64,000 nucleotides of DNA, from the NCBI GenBank assembly GCA_002269645.1, contig NIVC01002647.1, forward strand, positions 1 to 64,000, written 5' to 3'. Every line of letters starts with the position of its first letter. The first letter of the stretch is position 1. Shown piece by piece: positions 61,769 to 64,000 of this stretch. The notes under the pieces are model-generated. The model saw nothing but the letters and a program-made list of their open reading frames with translations. It was not told where the DNA came from and searched no databases. The stretch is from Macrostomum lignano. Its lineage: Eukaryota. The translations under genes were made by a program, and so were the position numbers.

Positions 61769-63782
61769 CAGCAGCGCCGAGCCAATGACGGAGATCGAGG
61801 CGGGCCCGAGCGACAGTCGCAGCCTGCTGCGCAAGCGCTTCGAGGCCGACTTCACTTTTAAGCCGAAGATCAGCAGCAACAGTCAGAAGCTGACGGAGAA
61901 CCTGACCAGCGACTTTCTCACCCGGCAGCAGATTCACATCGAGAAGCAGAAGAAGCACGTAAGAGTAAAACTTTCATTTGTTTATAATTAAGTTTTTTAT
62001 CTCGGAAAAGTAAAGCAGTCCCGCAAATTATAATTTTTAATACAGAAAAAACGATTGGAAAAGCATGAAAAAAATGTGAGATTTTTGTCTATCTCAATTT
62101 TTCTTTTTTTTATCGATGCCTTTTATCAACTGCTTCTCTTAGTTCGACTTTTCTAATTCGATTTTATTTTCTTCGTACGCTCGTAGTAAAGCTTTTTTAT
62201 AGTAGCAATAGATATAAATTTTGATAAAACATGCATTTGAGGCATTTATGAAGAATTAGCTCCTAAAAGGCAAGTTTCCTTTGAACTGAACATTGCGCGC
62301 TTGAAATAAGCACCAAATATTTTTTGACAGTTCTAGCTCTTAATAGGATTGCTTTCTCCTGAGTTCCGTAATTTCCCTTCGGGAGAGAAGAGGAGAGAAA
62401 GGAGAGGAGAGAGAGGAGAGAGGAGAGAAGAGAGAGGAGAGGAGAGAGAGGAGAGAAGAGAGAGGGGAGGAGAGAAAGGAGAGGAGAGAAAGGAGAGAAG
62501 AGAGAGGGGAGAGGAGAGAAAGAGAGGAGAGGAGAGGAGAGAGAGGAGAAGAGAGAGAGGAGAGGAGAGGAGAGAGGAGAGAAGAGAGAGGAGAGAGGAG
62601 AGAAGAGAGAGGAGAGAGGAGAGAAGAGAGAGGAGAGGAGAGAAAGGAGAGAAGAGAGAGGGGAGAGGAGAGGAGAGAGAGGAGAGGAGAGAGAGGAGAG
62701 GAGAGAAAGGAGAGAAGAGAGAGGAGAGAGGAGAGGAGAGAAAGGAGAGGAGAGAAAGGAGAGAAGAGAGAGGGGAGAGGAGAGAAAGAGAGGAGAGGAG
62801 AGGAGAGAGAGGAGAAGAGAGAGAGGAGAGGAGAGAGGAGAGGAGAGAAAGGAGAGAAGAGAAGAGGAGAGAGGAGAGGAGAGAAAGGAGAGGAGAGAAA
62901 GGAGAGAAGAGAGAGGGGAGAGGAGAGAAAGAGAGGAGAGGAGAGGAGAGAGAGGAGAAGAGAGAGAGGAGAGGAGAGAGGAGAGGAGAGAAAGGAGAGA
63001 AGAGAAGAGGAGAGGAGAGAGAGGAGAGGAGAGGAGAGAGGGGAGAAGAGAGGAGAGGAGAGAGGAGAGAGAGGAGAGGAGAGAGAGAGGAGAGGAGAGA
63101 GAGGAGAGGAGAGAGAGGAGAGGAGAGAGAGGAGAGGAGAGAAAGAGAGGAGAGGAGAGAGAGGAGAGGAGAGGAGAGAAAGAGAGGAGAGAAGAGAGGA
63201 GAGAAGAGAGGAGAGAAAGAGAGGAGAGGAGAGAGGAGAGAGAGGAGAGAAGAGAGGAGAGAAGAGAGGAGAGGAGAGAGGAGAGAAGAGAGGAGAGGAG
63301 AGAGGAGAGAGAGGATGACACAAACCTCGAGCGGGCAGGATTGCTGTTTAAAAATTTTTAAAACGACCCGAGGGCCGGATAGAGAGGCAAATTCGCGGGC
63401 CGGAGTCTGCCGACCCCTGCGGCATACACATTGAGCACTCCCAAAGTCTCTGAGCAGCCGCCCCCAACCCGCACAGTACGAGCAGGCCCTGCAGTCATCC
63501 GAGTCTCTGCTGGATCGGCCGCGGAGAGTTCGGCTCAGCTATGCGGGCAGCTCGCAGCCGCAGCAGGCGGCCAACTCCGACAGCTCCGACGATCAGTCAA
63601 ACAACGAAGCGACAACAGGCGGCAGCGGCAAGAATAAAAAGCAGAAAAAGACCAAGCAGCAGCAGCAGCAGTCCGTCCTGGGCTCGCAGCCGCCCGGCGA
63701 CATTCCTCGGCCTTCAGCGGAGGAGCCGAAAAAGCGCAGCCGATCGCTGCCGCCGAAAGCCAACAAGAAGGCGCAGCAACAG
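61769..63782 (+). CDS. Two internal exons (~61769-61958 and 63495-63782) of an unidentified gene continuing beyond the window
   Basis: RFEADFTFKPKISSNSQKL...KQKKH|gtaag joins in phase 0 to ctgcag|SSESLLDRPRRV...KKAQQQ|gtgaaa. Confidence 0.55.
62382..63315. repeat. (GGAGA)n-type purine-rich intronic satellite
   Basis: Direct reading; ORFs are artefacts. Confidence 0.95.
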
Positions 63783-63812
63783 GTGAAATTTTTGCATTTA
63801 ACACTGGGCTTG

Positions 63813-64000
63813 GGATACCTGGCATACCGGGGATACCTGGCATACGGGGAATACCTGGCATACGGGGAATACCTGGCATACGGGGAATACCTGGCATACG
63901 GGGAATACCTGGCATACGGGGAATACCTGGCATACGGGGAATACCTGGCATACGGGGAATACCTGGCATACCGGGGATACCTGGCATACGGGGAATACCT
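63813..64000. repeat. 18-bp minisatellite (GGGGAATACCTGGCATAC), runs off the window
   Basis: Direct reading. Confidence 0.95.

Noticed and set aside
62263-63434. 350-aa Leu/Ser or Arg/Glu ORFs (also the SQSV ORFs at 50057 and 59587)
   Set aside because: Microsatellite translations

Overview
Eukaryotic animal genomic DNA with GC-rich, polyQ-rich exons, GT-AG introns packed with mini- and microsatellites, and many transposons. The repeat landscape and gene style suggest a flatworm such as Macrostomum; that is inference only. Host genes: a C2H2 zinc-finger exon (~1.1-1.9 kb), NECAP (33.3-34.9 kb, +), cytosolic methionyl-tRNA synthetase (36.4-43.0 kb, +, five exons phased), CLYBL/citrate-lyase-beta-like (53.1-50.7 kb, -, four exons phased), a divergent DEG/ENaC-like ORF (57.6-58.7 kb) and exons of unidentified genes. 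Mobile DNA: a 3'-truncated Ingi/I-group LINE (1.9-4.85 kb), an intact Chapaev/Transib-type (RAG1-core-like) transposon with ~320-bp TIRs inserted in a G-rich minisatellite (6.9-10.8 kb), a Foldback-like element (27.8-30.4 kb), several MITEs with clear TSDs, an LTR plus tRNA-Leu PBS fragment, a probable solo LTR and a tRNA-derived CORE-SINE. The most interesting items are: (1) the LINE 5' end, which combines an HDV-like ribozyme fold, a ubiquitin-C-terminus mimic (LHRVLRLRGG) just before the endonuclease, and a PHD finger inserted inside the endonuclease; (2) a decayed virus-like cassette at 14-20 kb (tandem PC4-like ORF, dUTPase, inverted paralog pair, duplicated TATA modules, flanking direct repeats); (3) the transposon end that mimics the minisatellite it sits in; (4) a 13-copy tandem array of the CLYBL exon-4 splice acceptor. 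All assignments are by-eye motif recognition; no searches were run.
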